64,000 bases of DNA from a bacterium (lineage in GTDB: Bacteria; Bacteroidota; Ignavibacteria; UBA10030), in contig JAZDJN010000080.1 of the NCBI GenBank assembly GCA_043803945.1, positions 1 through 64,000 of the forward strand. The letters run 5' to 3'. The notes under the pieces are model-generated. The model saw nothing but the letters and a program-made list of their open reading frames with translations, had not been told where the DNA came from and searched no databases. Each line of letters opens with the position of its first letter. The stretch's first letter is position 1. The position numbers were made by a program, and so were the translations under genes. Positions 41,136 to 51,365 of the stretch are shown piece by piece.

Positions 41136-42495
41136 CTAAAAAAGAGGCTCGATTTCCCATTCCCATTCGATACCAAGCTTTAATTGTAAGTACGCTGGAG
41201 TGTAACCCGCGAATATAATATTGTAGTCTGCGGCAACGTTAAGTCTCAGCTTATCACCGAGGAACATTCTATAACCGACATTTGGTGAGATACCCAATTG
41301 AGTATATTCACTGGGGAGGTCGCCACCGGCAATGAAATAACCGATGGTCCCGCCGATATACGGGCTGCTTTTACCATAAAGAAAGTAGTATTCAATGCCG
41401 CCTGTAATAGGCAAGTAAGAGCTCTGGATATTGAAGTTGTTCCCAACCGACTTCTCGCCGAACTTGATATACCCAATAGCAATTTGGGCAGCAAGGTTGT
41501 AGTTGAGCATGTAATTGAGATTTATTCTACCCCCTGATCCAGGTTCAGCGAATTGGCTGAGATTACTAGAGGAGAACGCTGTGCCATAATTAGCACCCAC
41601 TGACAGTTGTTGCGCAACTACGGGAGATTGTAAAGGGATTATTAAAAGAAATGAGATAAGAGCAAGCTCCGCGTTTGAGAGCGTTCGGTTATAAACGAAC
41701 ACCTCATCGATCACGCCGTCGAAATAATGCTGGTTGTTGCCGATGCCTTTGCCGAGGGTTGGATTCTTCAACAAGTTTGTCCTCCCGATTCTGATGGCCC
41801 CGAAAGCCAGTTGACCTGTCTGCTGGCCATTCATGTAGACTCGAATGGTTGAGCCATTGTACGTAAACGCAATGTGCGACCAGGTGTTCAGCGGAGCCAA
41901 CTGAGAGCCCACAATCCGATTTTGATTTCCGTTTTCGTCGAAGATGAGACCCGTCGCTTGACCATTCACCAGGAGAAGATTCCAGAATTCATCGCGCAGC
42001 ATCACTCCGGCTTCTTGTTTGTACGAACGAGGCTTCACCCATACCGCCACAGAAACTTCTTTCTCTATTGCACGAACCGATGGCGATTCGGCAAAATCGA
42101 TGTAGCCGTCGGTGCCATTAAAGTCGTACGCACGTCCGAATACTCCGAAGCGGTCTGCAGCAGATTGTACTCCGTTCCGGAGCGTGCCATTATTGTCGTT
42201 GCCTGCAAAATCATTTGCGTTTCCGTTCAGCGGAAAATATGCGACAAGTCCATCGTTTAGATTATTTCCCGCCGTGCGGAACCGACGTGTCTCTGACCAG
42301 GTACCCGCAGAAGAATCTTTTGCAGCGCGGACCCGCCAGAAGAAGGTCGTTCCTTGTGCTAGTGTATCGAGCTGGACTTGGTTTGATTGAGAAACTGTGC
42401 GGCTGTAGACAACCGTCGAGAATGAAGATTTCAGCGCTACCTCCACCGAATAGCCCGTCGCCCCCGCCACGGGATTCCAACTAAGGACAGGTGCT
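41136..42495 (-). pseudogene. Chimeric ORF: truncated FN3+LamG fused to an OMP beta-barrel gene
   Basis: LSWNPVAGATGY; GLVAYFPLNG..FDGVIDEVFVYNR; then signal remnant ALISFLLIIP..AQ and barrel strands. Confidence 0.6.
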
Positions 42496-42741
42496 CGACT
42501 CAGTCCTGCACATTGCCGGATACTCCTTTAACATCTAAACTATTGGTGTAGTTCCTTTCTTGCGCATTTTCCATTCAATCCGCACTCAAGCTGAAGATAA
42601 ATGTGCATGATTGGCTTCCTCCAATCAAGAACCCAACTCCAGATGGAAATCGTGTATCTGATTCCAGGCTATTCTCGGTTTCCATAATTGCTTCCTGATC
42701 GGGTGATTCATGATGGAGATCTGGGTTAGATGGATGATTAC

Positions 42742-42824
42742 TAGGGCGTCACGAACCACTTCGTGACGCAAAATGCGAAAAACATTCAGTTTTAGTGTGT
42801 CACGGTGTGGACCGTGACACCCTT
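42742..42824. repeat. Inverted pair of REP-like hairpins (REPIN-like)
   Basis: GGGCGTCACGAA-CCAC-TTCGTGACGC and, reverse-complemented, GGGTGTCACGGT-CCAC-ACCGTGACAC. Confidence 0.7.
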
Positions 42825-42905
42825 GGCGTACTTTTTAGTCAACGTTTTTTCCTTTTGGACGACTTCTGATCTAATCGTTTCTCCTTATCCCAGCATCATT
42901 TGATA

Positions 42906-44693
42906 CTATTTCACCAATGTAACCTTTCGTGTTTGCGTAAATGAACCGGTACGAAGTGTTGCGAAGTAGGTGCCGCTTTGTTGATTGGTCGCATTCCATT
43001 GAACACTGTATTGACCGGCCGGTAGTTCTTGGTCGACAAGTGTTGCAACTTCTTTCCCGATCACATCATAAATCTTCAACACTGCCATGGAGTGTTGTGG
43101 AATACTGATCTGAAAACTCGTCGATGGATTAAACGGATTGGGATAGTTCTGTCCAAGAGAAAAACTGCCAGGAAGGCATAAGGGTCCCTCTCTCTCGAGA
43201 GATGTCGTGGTATTATCTAACTTCACGATAAATAGATCATAACTATTCACATTGGGATTTCTTGTTAGTGTCAAACTGCCGAACGCCACGGAAGGACTTG
43301 TGAACGCCCCTGTGAGTACTAATTTGCTGCTTGCATCAATTGTGAGGGCGTAACCGTATTCATTCGAAGTTCCCCCGGCACTTTTTGCCCAAAGCAGGTT
43401 GCCCGCTACATCGTATTTCACAACGAACATATCGGAATAGTTTATTGTTGTAGTATTTGTCAAAGTCGTGGTGCCAAACGTAATAGTGGTACTGAAGAAA
43501 TACCCCGAAACATAACTGGCCCCGCTGGCATCAGTGCGAATACAAGTACCATTATCTTCAGTATTTCCCCCGGCGCTTTTTGCCCAAAGCACAGTACCCG
43601 CTGAATCATATTTTGCAACAAACATGTCGCGGTTGCCGTTGGTAGTTGTGTTGGTTAAGGTACTGCTCCCAAATGTCAGGCTCGTGCTGCTAAACCATCC
43701 TGTAACGAAGACATTCCCCTGGGCATTGGTACTTATGCTGTTACCCTCATCATTATCGGTCCCCACAGCACTTTTCGCCCAGAGAGCATTGCCGGAAGCA
43801 TCATATTTTGCTATAAAAAAATCATCGGAGCCACCTGTATTAGTTAAGGTCGTGCTGCCAACAGTAAGTGTTGGACTGTTAAATCGACCTGTAATAATAA
43901 TATTTCCTTTTGAATCAATACTGATGCTGTTGCTCTGATCAACATTGGGCCCCCCAACTTTTTTCGCCCAGAGGACATTGCCCGAAGCATCATATTTCAC
44001 GATAACAATATCGCGGCTACCAGAAGTTGTTACCGTGATACTTCCAAACGTAATGGAAGGGCCATTAAAATATCCGGTGAGATACACATTACCACTTGCA
44101 TCCACACCGATGCCTCTGCCATCCGCTTGAACCGCTGCCCCGGCACTTTTTGCCCAGAGTATATTGCCCGAAGCATCATATTTCGCAATAAAAATATTCG
44201 CCGTGAAACCAGAGTTGTCTGTATTGGTCAACGTCGTAGTCCCAAATGTGATTGTAGGGCTTTGAAAAAATCCCGTTACATACGCATTGCCGCTTGCATC
44301 CACACAGATGCTGTTGCTATTATCGTCATTGGGCCCGCCTGCATTCCTTGCCCAGAGTACATTTCCTGATGCATCGTACTTCACGACAAAAATATCAAAT
44401 GAAGAATTGCTGGTAAACGTTGTGGCGCCAAACGTAATGGAAGGACTACTGAAATATCCTGTTACATACACATTGCCGTTAGCATCCACGCTGACGCTTT
44501 TTCCATAATCCGCTCCAGTGCCACCTGCGCTTTTTGCCCAGAGGTAACCGGGGGATTGTGCGTTTGCCTTGTGGCTCCAACCTCCTAGAAAGGCGGAGAG
44601 AACGATTGTGAAGAGTACAATGTGTGATGAGTTCATAAGTTTCCTTAACGAATAAACCAATGAGATAATTCTCATGTTCAAATTTTCCTCCAT
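42906..44693 (-). CDS. SBBP-type beta-propeller repeat protein with T9SS CTD
   Basis: Repeated KYDASGN.LWAKSAGG; NYPNPFNP CTD. Confidence 0.88.
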   Translation of the reverse strand: MEENLNMRIISLVYSLRKLMNSSHIVLFTIVLSAFLGGWSHKANAQSPGYLWAKSAGGTGADYGKSVSVDANGNVYVTGYFSSPSITFGATTFTSNSSFDIFVVKYDASGNVLWARNAGGPNDDNSNSICVDASGNAYVTGFFQSPTITFGTTTLTNTDNSGFTANIFIAKYDASGNILWAKSAGAAVQADGRGIGVDASGNVYLTGYFNGPSITFGSITVTTSGSRDIVIVKYDASGNVLWAKKVGGPNVDQSNSISIDSKGNIIITGRFNSPTLTVGSTTLTNTGGSDDFFIAKYDASGNALWAKSAVGTDNDEGNSISTNAQGNVFVTGWFSSTSLTFGSSTLTNTTTNGNRDMFVAKYDSAGTVLWAKSAGGNTEDNGTCIRTDASGASYVSGYFFSTTITFGTTTLTNTTTINYSDMFVVKYDVAGNLLWAKSAGGTSNEYGYALTIDASSKLVLTGAFTSPSVAFGSLTLTRNPNVNSYDLFIVKLDNTTTSLEREGPLCLPGSFSLGQNYPNPFNPSTSFQISIPQHSMAVLKIYDVIGKEVATLVDQELPAGQYSVQWNATNQQSGTYFATLRTGSFTQTRKVTLVK

Positions 44694-44727
44694 AGATTAT
44701 GATGTGCAACCTGTTGTGTTGATACAG

Positions 44728-46581
44728 TTATTTCATTAAAGTCACTTTTCGTGTTTGGGTCAGCGAACCGGTACGAAGCGTTGCAAAGTAGATGCCGCTT
44801 TGATGATTGACAGCATTCCATCGCACATTGTACTGACCGGCCGGAAGTTCTTGTTCAATAAGTGTTGCAACTTCTTTCCCGATCACATCATAAATCTTCA
44901 ACACCGTCCTGGAGCGTTGCGGAATACTGATCTGAAAGCTCGTCGATGGATTAAAGGGATTGGGATAATTTTGACTCAGGCTGAACTCCAATGGAAGTGC
45001 GTCGCCTATAGCTTCCACAGATGTTGTCGTTATCGTTTTGAAGCTCCGAGCTTCTGAGAACACCCCGAGCCCGCTGGCGCCATTAGCATTAACTCTCCAG
45101 TAATAGAGCGTGTTGTTTGAAAGCACGGTTGGTGCATAGGAAGTACCCGTTAGCACGTTTTCACTTACCAACAATTGCGTAAAGGTGGCATTGGTAGAGA
45201 TTTGAACCTTGTAGAAGGTCACCCCAGCAACGGCGCTCCAGCTTAGCGTTGTATTCACCGGTACATTCGTTGACGCGTCAGCCGGCGATAAAAGCGTTGG
45301 AGGTGGTGGTCCGACAAGAGTAGTAAAGAATGCGTTCGTTGTTGAATAGGCACTCGTACCGGAAGCATTTGTTGCGCTCACACGCCAGTAGTAGCTTGTG
45401 CCGTTTGCCAACCCGGAAGCGGTAAACAATGCTGTCGTGATGCCGCTTTGATTCACGGCGAAGGTTGCAAAGGTCGAGCTTGTTGAAATTTGAATTGTGT
45501 AGGATGTCGCTCCACTTACAGGGCTCCAACTGAACGTCGCAGGGACTGAGACAGTTGTCGAATTGTTTGCAGGAGAAGTAAGTGTTGGTATCGACGGCCC
45601 TGAAGTTGCGGCGCCAACAGATGTGCGATAAACACCAACTGCTGGTATGGTTGCAGAAGCAGGGTATGTTCCGCAAATGACATACGATCCACTGAGAATG
45701 GCACATTGTGCTTTCACGTTCTGCCAGATATAATATGCATATACTGGAAAATCTTTAGTAATATTTGTCCATGTGTCGCCGGCATCGGTTGAAAGAATAA
45801 TCGTTTGTGCATTCAGAGCGATCACATTATTGCCTTCAGCATCGAGAGTTGAAAAATCTGTTGTTCCAGCAATACTGACCGGCAATGTCTTTTGAGTCCA
45901 ATTATCTCCACCGTTGGTCGAACGAAATATATTTCCGCCGGTAAAAGCAATTAACGAGGTATTACTGGCTACTAATCGGTCAGTTTGCAGAATAATACCC
46001 GTCAGTCCGTTGTTCACCGTCGTCCACGTAGTACCCAAATCTGTCGATTTAATAACACCGCCGAAAATTCCCACATATAATGTTGTACCAATTTTAGCAA
46101 ATTTTCTTGCACCCGAACCATTCTTTGACTGCCACGTATTCCCGTTATCCGTTGACACATACACCCCGCCTAAGATATTCGCGGCAAAGAGGGTACTGCC
46201 AATAACGTCGAGGTCGATAATGTTCACTGTTGCGGGAAAACCGCTCGCATTCGTCCAGGTTTTTCCATCGTCGGTAGAGTAAACGACACCGCTGCCCCCG
46301 TTTCTTCCGGCAAAGAGCCTTCCGTTATATTCCAGATAACAATTATAGGTGCCCGTTGAAGGTAAGAGTGTCCACTGGTCTCCATTGTTCGTAGAGCGAT
46401 ACAATCTTGGAGAGACACCACCGGTGTTAGATGATTGAAGCAACAGGCTTGAATTTGCCCCCCGTTCAAGAAGCGAAAATGTTGTCTGATCAAACGGAGT
46501 GGTAATTCCGGAATTCACGGCACTCCACTGAGAATAAGCGATTGATGACATCGCGAACAAAAGCACAATTATTTTTTTCAT
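44728..46581 (-). CDS. Asp-box (BNR) propeller plus two FN3-like domains and T9SS CTD
   Basis: S.D.G.TW repeats; P.L.SP..W..V.GA..Y..Q; CTD. Confidence 0.88.
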   Translation of the reverse strand: MKKIIVLLFAMSSIAYSQWSAVNSGITTPFDQTTFSLLERGANSSLLLQSSNTGGVSPRLYRSTNNGDQWTLLPSTGTYNCYLEYNGRLFAGRNGGSGVVYSTDDGKTWTNASGFPATVNIIDLDVIGSTLFAANILGGVYVSTDNGNTWQSKNGSGARKFAKIGTTLYVGIFGGVIKSTDLGTTWTTVNNGLTGIILQTDRLVASNTSLIAFTGGNIFRSTNGGDNWTQKTLPVSIAGTTDFSTLDAEGNNVIALNAQTIILSTDAGDTWTNITKDFPVYAYYIWQNVKAQCAILSGSYVICGTYPASATIPAVGVYRTSVGAATSGPSIPTLTSPANNSTTVSVPATFSWSPVSGATSYTIQISTSSTFATFAVNQSGITTALFTASGLANGTSYYWRVSATNASGTSAYSTTNAFFTTLVGPPPPTLLSPADASTNVPVNTTLSWSAVAGVTFYKVQISTNATFTQLLVSENVLTGTSYAPTVLSNNTLYYWRVNANGASGLGVFSEARSFKTITTTSVEAIGDALPLEFSLSQNYPNPFNPSTSFQISIPQRSRTVLKIYDVIGKEVATLIEQELPAGQYNVRWNAVNHQSGIYFATLRTGSLTQTRKVTLMK

Positions 46582-46667
46582 CTGTACTCCTGGTAAATGG
46601 TTATGTGTTTTTACTTTTGCTCTATGGATAAACTAAATTGTTTTATCCCTGTTGATACTTCTTCGTA

Positions 46668-48911
46668 TTACTTCTGAAATACCATCTTCTTTGTCGAGAT
46701 GAAGCTTCCGGCTTGCAGTTTATAGAAGTAAACACCACTGGAAAGTTTGGATGCTTCAAAATTCACACTGAAGCTTCCAGCCGGTTTGTATTCATTCACA
46801 AGCGCTGCCACTTCCCTGCCGAGAATATCAAACACTTTGAGCGACACAAACCCGGGATTTGAAATTTCAAACCGTATGTTCGTTGAGGGATTAAACGGAT
46901 TGGGATAGTTTTGAGAAAGATTAACCTGAGAGGGGATGATTCCTTCAGCGTTCTTCACTGAAGTTAGCGTTGTTAATGTTCTTCTGAACATTGAATACTG
47001 GTATGATGAAAAATCAAAAAGCGGAAGGAATACCTCGGAACCAACTTGATACACATCTTTTATCAATCCTACCGTATATGTTGCCGGAATATTTCCGGTG
47101 AGATCCGTCCACGAATCTCCTCCATCTGTAGAATTAAAAACAGCAGTCTTTAAAAATAATCCGCCGGTGACTGCAAATAAATTATTACCCAAAGCGCCAA
47201 TCGTCACCGGGCCCACACCAAGAATACCTGCATCGGCGTACGGCGCTTTTTTTGTCTTTCTCCAAACAATGCCGTTATCATCACTATAATAGACGAAGCT
47301 GGCTACTCCATAATTAGCCCCGGTTCCGGCGAACAAACGAGTGCCAATGGCTGTAACATTATTGACGCGACTATTTCCAATTGAATCCTTTGAAACCTGA
47401 ATCCATGCTTTGCTGGTATCAGTAAACATAAATAATCCCGCTGCACTATAATAGAATAATCTGTTATTAAACATTCTCAAGCCAAGACTGTTTTGAGTTA
47501 ATCCGGTATTCGAAATTGTCCAGGTCACTCCGCCGTCGGATGAAACTCTCAATCGTTCGGCTGAAGAGAGAGCAGCATAGAATTTACCATTCCAATACGC
47601 CAATCCTTGAACGTCTCCAGGGTCTGAGGTGGAGGTGGATATTCTATTCCAGGTATTTCCTTTATTGGTGCTTTTAAAAAAACCTTTGGCGTTCGTTCCG
47701 GCATAAATTGTATCTCCTCTCATAATCAGCGCCTGGAAGTTCGCGCCTGCTGCTCCATTTGCATATTGGTTCCATGAATTACCATTATCGGTACTTTTAT
47801 AGAATGAATATCGATTTGCGCCAAGGTATAACGTTGTACCATCTTTAAGAACCTGATTAATTCCAAGAGCGGCGGGAAATCCTTTGCTTCTTGTCATCCA
47901 GGTAGTTCCGTTATCCGTCGATTTTATTATTCCATTAAGACTTAATCCCATAAAAATATTTGCACCAACGACTTTGAATGAAAGAGATTTCCTATCATAC
48001 CAATTCAACATTTGAGGAATACTGTCCCACGTTGTGCCATTGTTCGTGCTGGTAATAATATTGTATCCATAAAAACCATCGGTATGTACTAAAAATATTT
48101 TGCTGTCGTTAAAAAACATGTTGGTCGGCGTCATCGTGTTCGGGGAAGGGAGCGTGTTGACAATGTCTGTCCATGTTTTTCCATCATCGGTGGAACGGGC
48201 AAGTTTCATAAAATAGTTACTCTGAGCGGAATAGATATCCGTTCCAAATAACGTTGTGGCATTTCCCCACACTCGTGCGCCGTAATTCCTGCTTTGAAAT
48301 GTCCACGTTGCCCCTTCGTCCGTTGAAACAAAGAGAGAATCTCCTCCAACAAATATTTTGTTTCCTGCTTGAAAGAATAAGGAATAGTTTGCATTGGCTG
48401 ATTTCACCAACGTCCAGGTTTGTCCGCCGTTGATAGAGCGATAGACCGCTCTCCCGAGTCCTGAAAGCACTGTATTGGGAGTTACAAGAATATGCGTGGG
48501 CGGAGCGGCAACCGCCCCAGACCAGGTGCTGCTCGCGGTACTGTTTACCTGTACCCATGAAGATCCACCGTTGACACTTCGATAGATTTTTTGCAAAGCA
48601 TTGTTCGGATCAAGATAATTTATATACACCGTATCATTCTTGCATGCAACGCTGTGAACAAACCCGAGACTACCCTGATATACCGGAAACCCGGTGTTCA
48701 CCGTTGCCCACGATTCCCCATTATCGGTGGATTTATATAACCCGGCGCCATAATTACCGCTGTTGAGCGTTGTACCTGCGTACATCGTACCGTTTGCACT
48801 GACAGCAATTGATGTAATGGTCATTTCGTAGGGACCTGTTTGCGACCACTGTGCAATAGAGGTCATTGCGGCGGATAATAATAAAATCGATATGGTAAAG
48901 ATTGTTTTCAT
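46668..48911 (-). CDS. Asp-box (BNR/VPS10-like) propeller protein with T9SS CTD
   Basis: Many STDNG..W repeats; signal peptide; CTD. Confidence 0.88.
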   Translation of the reverse strand: MKTIFTISILLLSAAMTSIAQWSQTGPYEMTITSIAVSANGTMYAGTTLNSGNYGAGLYKSTDNGESWATVNTGFPVYQGSLGFVHSVACKNDTVYINYLDPNNALQKIYRSVNGGSSWVQVNSTASSTWSGAVAAPPTHILVTPNTVLSGLGRAVYRSINGGQTWTLVKSANANYSLFFQAGNKIFVGGDSLFVSTDEGATWTFQSRNYGARVWGNATTLFGTDIYSAQSNYFMKLARSTDDGKTWTDIVNTLPSPNTMTPTNMFFNDSKIFLVHTDGFYGYNIITSTNNGTTWDSIPQMLNWYDRKSLSFKVVGANIFMGLSLNGIIKSTDNGTTWMTRSKGFPAALGINQVLKDGTTLYLGANRYSFYKSTDNGNSWNQYANGAAGANFQALIMRGDTIYAGTNAKGFFKSTNKGNTWNRISTSTSDPGDVQGLAYWNGKFYAALSSAERLRVSSDGGVTWTISNTGLTQNSLGLRMFNNRLFYYSAAGLFMFTDTSKAWIQVSKDSIGNSRVNNVTAIGTRLFAGTGANYGVASFVYYSDDNGIVWRKTKKAPYADAGILGVGPVTIGALGNNLFAVTGGLFLKTAVFNSTDGGDSWTDLTGNIPATYTVGLIKDVYQVGSEVFLPLFDFSSYQYSMFRRTLTTLTSVKNAEGIIPSQVNLSQNYPNPFNPSTNIRFEISNPGFVSLKVFDILGREVAALVNEYKPAGSFSVNFEASKLSSGVYFYKLQAGSFISTKKMVFQK

Positions 48912-48966
48912 AGCTACTCCTTTTATTCGTTTACTAATAAGTTGATAAAGAGGGTATGCAAATCAA

Positions 48967-48982
48967 TACCCCTTACGGGGTA
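48967..48982. promoter_or_regulatory. NarL-like 7-2-7 palindrome (alternatively a hairpin terminator)
   Basis: TACCCCT-TA-CGGGGTA about 55 bp upstream of the 48911 start. Confidence 0.55.
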
Positions 48983-49072
48983 TTTTTATTTGCTAGATCT
49001 CTTTCAGAATGATTATGATCTTTGGAGCCGATCCTGCTGTAATGGATTGACGTTACAATGCCATGTTCTGAT

Positions 49073-50725
49073 TCAATGCAAATTCCAAATTGCCGTGTAG
49101 CCCAGCTCCTTTTCTTTTGCTTCCTGCTCTTTCAATGCTTTTTTCATTGCAGTCATCATATCATCTTTACGAATGATCCTGTTGAGTGCGTTGATATCTT
49201 TGAACTCAGACTCACTGAACGGGACACCTTTTTCATCGTGAACAACACCTTGCGCATAGACCGTTGGTCCGGCTATGTATCCGTTCGGAGGTCCGGTAAT
49301 CCGAAATGCCATTCGTGGAGCCAGAGTAACTTCCTGGCGATCGGTAGGCAGAGCGAGATCGACCGTAACCGCAATAAGTCCGTCAACTCCTAACTCGCGC
49401 ATTAACCGCGCCTCCGGTCTATCAGATGCAAATGTTGATGAAATAGATTTCACAATATTACCAAGCCGCGTTGGCAGAAGATTTTTTGTTCCTTTATAAC
49501 TGCGTGATATTTCAACCTGTGTATATTCATCCTTGATCTCTTCGAGTTCTTTATAGAGGGGAGAACTTACGACCTGTTCAATTGGAATAATTGAAATCCC
49601 ATATTCATTTTTACATACTGTGGTAATATCTTTGTAAAGATTATCAAGAACTCGATCCCAATACTCTACCGGCACTTTTGGAAATTGCCATGTTCTCGTT
49701 GTCGTCGTTGTCGTTTTAATATTTCCGGTCGTTGTTGAAGAGCTCGATTCTTCTTGATGATACAGCGTTCCCCGAATTGAAAGAGAGGCGATTGCGAATT
49801 TTTTACCTTTGGAAAGAGGCTTTCCTGTAAATGCATTCGGTTTGCTTGCATTATATTCCATTTCACCATTCGCAGTAGAGATTTTTCCATCGACACTGAA
49901 TCCCGGACTTGTCGAAACTTCACCTGTTACAGTGACCGGCATCCAGCTCCAACCCAACGATAAATTCTGTGAGGCGCCAACTCCCGGAATCCGAGCTGCG
50001 GCCACATCGTACCGCTCGACAAGAACATAATTCGAACCCGTACTGATCGACACAACACCCTGTGCACTCGCGGACACTAAGGTGTTCACAAAGGCAGCGG
50101 CGGGAATTTGAATAGTTTTCGCGAGTTTAAAAACACCGATATCACTGAATGAACGGATCCCGAGAGTATTAACGATCATCGAAACACGGATGTAGGCATT
50201 TTCATCTGGCGCGTTCTCAAACCCAAGCGTCATATCCTTTGTTACATCGACCGACGCGTTTGTTGAGGCGCCGTTGACAGAAACAAGTTTTACCGGTTTC
50301 GGCGGTTGAATCGTGAATTGCGCCTGCTGTCCGCTGCTTGTCGTAATGTTTATTGTCCTTGGTTTGTTATCGCTTTTTTCAAAATACGTTGAGTAGACAC
50401 CGTTTGCGAGATATTGCAGGGTATCTCCGTCCAGTGTAACCGCTCCATCTATCTGGTAAAATCCCAATCCCTCCCTCTTATAGAAACTCACTGCGACACC
50501 TGATTTCCCTTCACTCCATTGGTCGCCGACATAATCCATCTCTATTGTTTTGGTATCACGTGGGTATAAATTGGAAATGTACATCCCCTGAACCGCACAA
50601 ACAGATAAGTCAGATGTCGTGGAAGTCATCATTCCCGCAGCAAATTTACCGAGCATTGCGCAACCACTTATCAGCGCAAGACTAATAATCAAAATAATGA
50701 GAACTGTATACTTAGTGTTTTTCAT
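49073..50725 (-). CDS. Hypothetical lipoprotein
   Basis: LISGC lipobox; 550 aa ORF. Confidence 0.75.
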   Translation of the reverse strand: MKNTKYTVLIILIISLALISGCAMLGKFAAGMMTSTTSDLSVCAVQGMYISNLYPRDTKTIEMDYVGDQWSEGKSGVAVSFYKREGLGFYQIDGAVTLDGDTLQYLANGVYSTYFEKSDNKPRTINITTSSGQQAQFTIQPPKPVKLVSVNGASTNASVDVTKDMTLGFENAPDENAYIRVSMIVNTLGIRSFSDIGVFKLAKTIQIPAAAFVNTLVSASAQGVVSISTGSNYVLVERYDVAAARIPGVGASQNLSLGWSWMPVTVTGEVSTSPGFSVDGKISTANGEMEYNASKPNAFTGKPLSKGKKFAIASLSIRGTLYHQEESSSSTTTGNIKTTTTTTRTWQFPKVPVEYWDRVLDNLYKDITTVCKNEYGISIIPIEQVVSSPLYKELEEIKDEYTQVEISRSYKGTKNLLPTRLGNIVKSISSTFASDRPEARLMRELGVDGLIAVTVDLALPTDRQEVTLAPRMAFRITGPPNGYIAGPTVYAQGVVHDEKGVPFSESEFKDINALNRIIRKDDMMTAMKKALKEQEAKEKELGYTAIWNLH

Positions 50726-50742
50726 GTGTTTTACCTTGTTCC

Positions 50743-50918
50743 TTATTTGACCACCATGAGTTTTTTTGCAGCAGTGAAGTATTCAGTTTGCAGTTGATAG
50801 AAGTAAATATCACTCGAGAGATTTGAGGCACCAAAATTAACATTGTAGCTTCAGGCCTGTATATATTCATTTACAAGCACCGCCACCTCTCATCGAGAGA
50901 AAAGAATATCACACTTCT
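50743..50918 (-). pseudogene. Orphan degenerate T9SS CTD remnant
   Basis: Reads DILFSR*EVAVLVNEYIQA*SYNVNFGASNLSSDIYFYQLQ..KKLMVVK* with two in-frame stops. Confidence 0.75.
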
Positions 50919-50937
50919 TGTTTTATAATATACTTTA

Positions 50938-51363
50938 TCATTGAGTGAACTCTTTGAATCCTGTCGTGCCATCCAATCGCGAAATAGAAATCCGATACTG
51001 AACACCAACAGTGAGTGTTCGTTCCGTGACCGCAGTTTCAACGGATCCGGCGGGAGTAGTCCCGTTCGTAACGGGCGAGGCTATCCCGTTTTGCCCCGGA
51101 GTTGCAAGCCCCCACACCACAACCGTCTGATTAGTTGTGCGCACGATACTGAGACTGAAGACATTCCCGCCGCTCCACGAGTATTGCGGCTTTGTCCCGC
51201 TGCCGATGGTGATCGCAATCTGAGAAGCTTGTGTGTTGCCCGCATCTGCCGGATTGTTTTCATCCTTTTTACAACCACCGATCAGCAACAGAACGATAAT
51301 CGAAGAAATCAAAATGCAAAGTGACAAAGTAAATTTTTGGCGTGTCATCTCTCTGTCTCTCAA
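50938..51363 (-). CDS. Hypothetical lipoprotein
   Basis: LIGGC lipobox followed by KKDENNP. Confidence 0.75.
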   Translation of the reverse strand: MRDREMTRQKFTLSLCILISSIIVLLLIGGCKKDENNPADAGNTQASQIAITIGSGTKPQYSWSGGNVFSLSIVRTTNQTVVVWGLATPGQNGIASPVTNGTTPAGSVETAVTERTLTVGVQYRISISRLDGTTGFKEFTQ

Positions 51364-51365
51364 TA

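Noticed and set aside
39200-42700. Integron cassette array
   Set aside because: The short genes are co-oriented, but no convincing attC (RYYYAAC..GTTRRRY with stem) and no integrase were found.
50743-50918. TGA recoding (Gly or Sec) in the CTD remnant
   Set aside because: TGA ends many intact genes here, and the remnant has other decay and no start, so a pseudogene is simpler.
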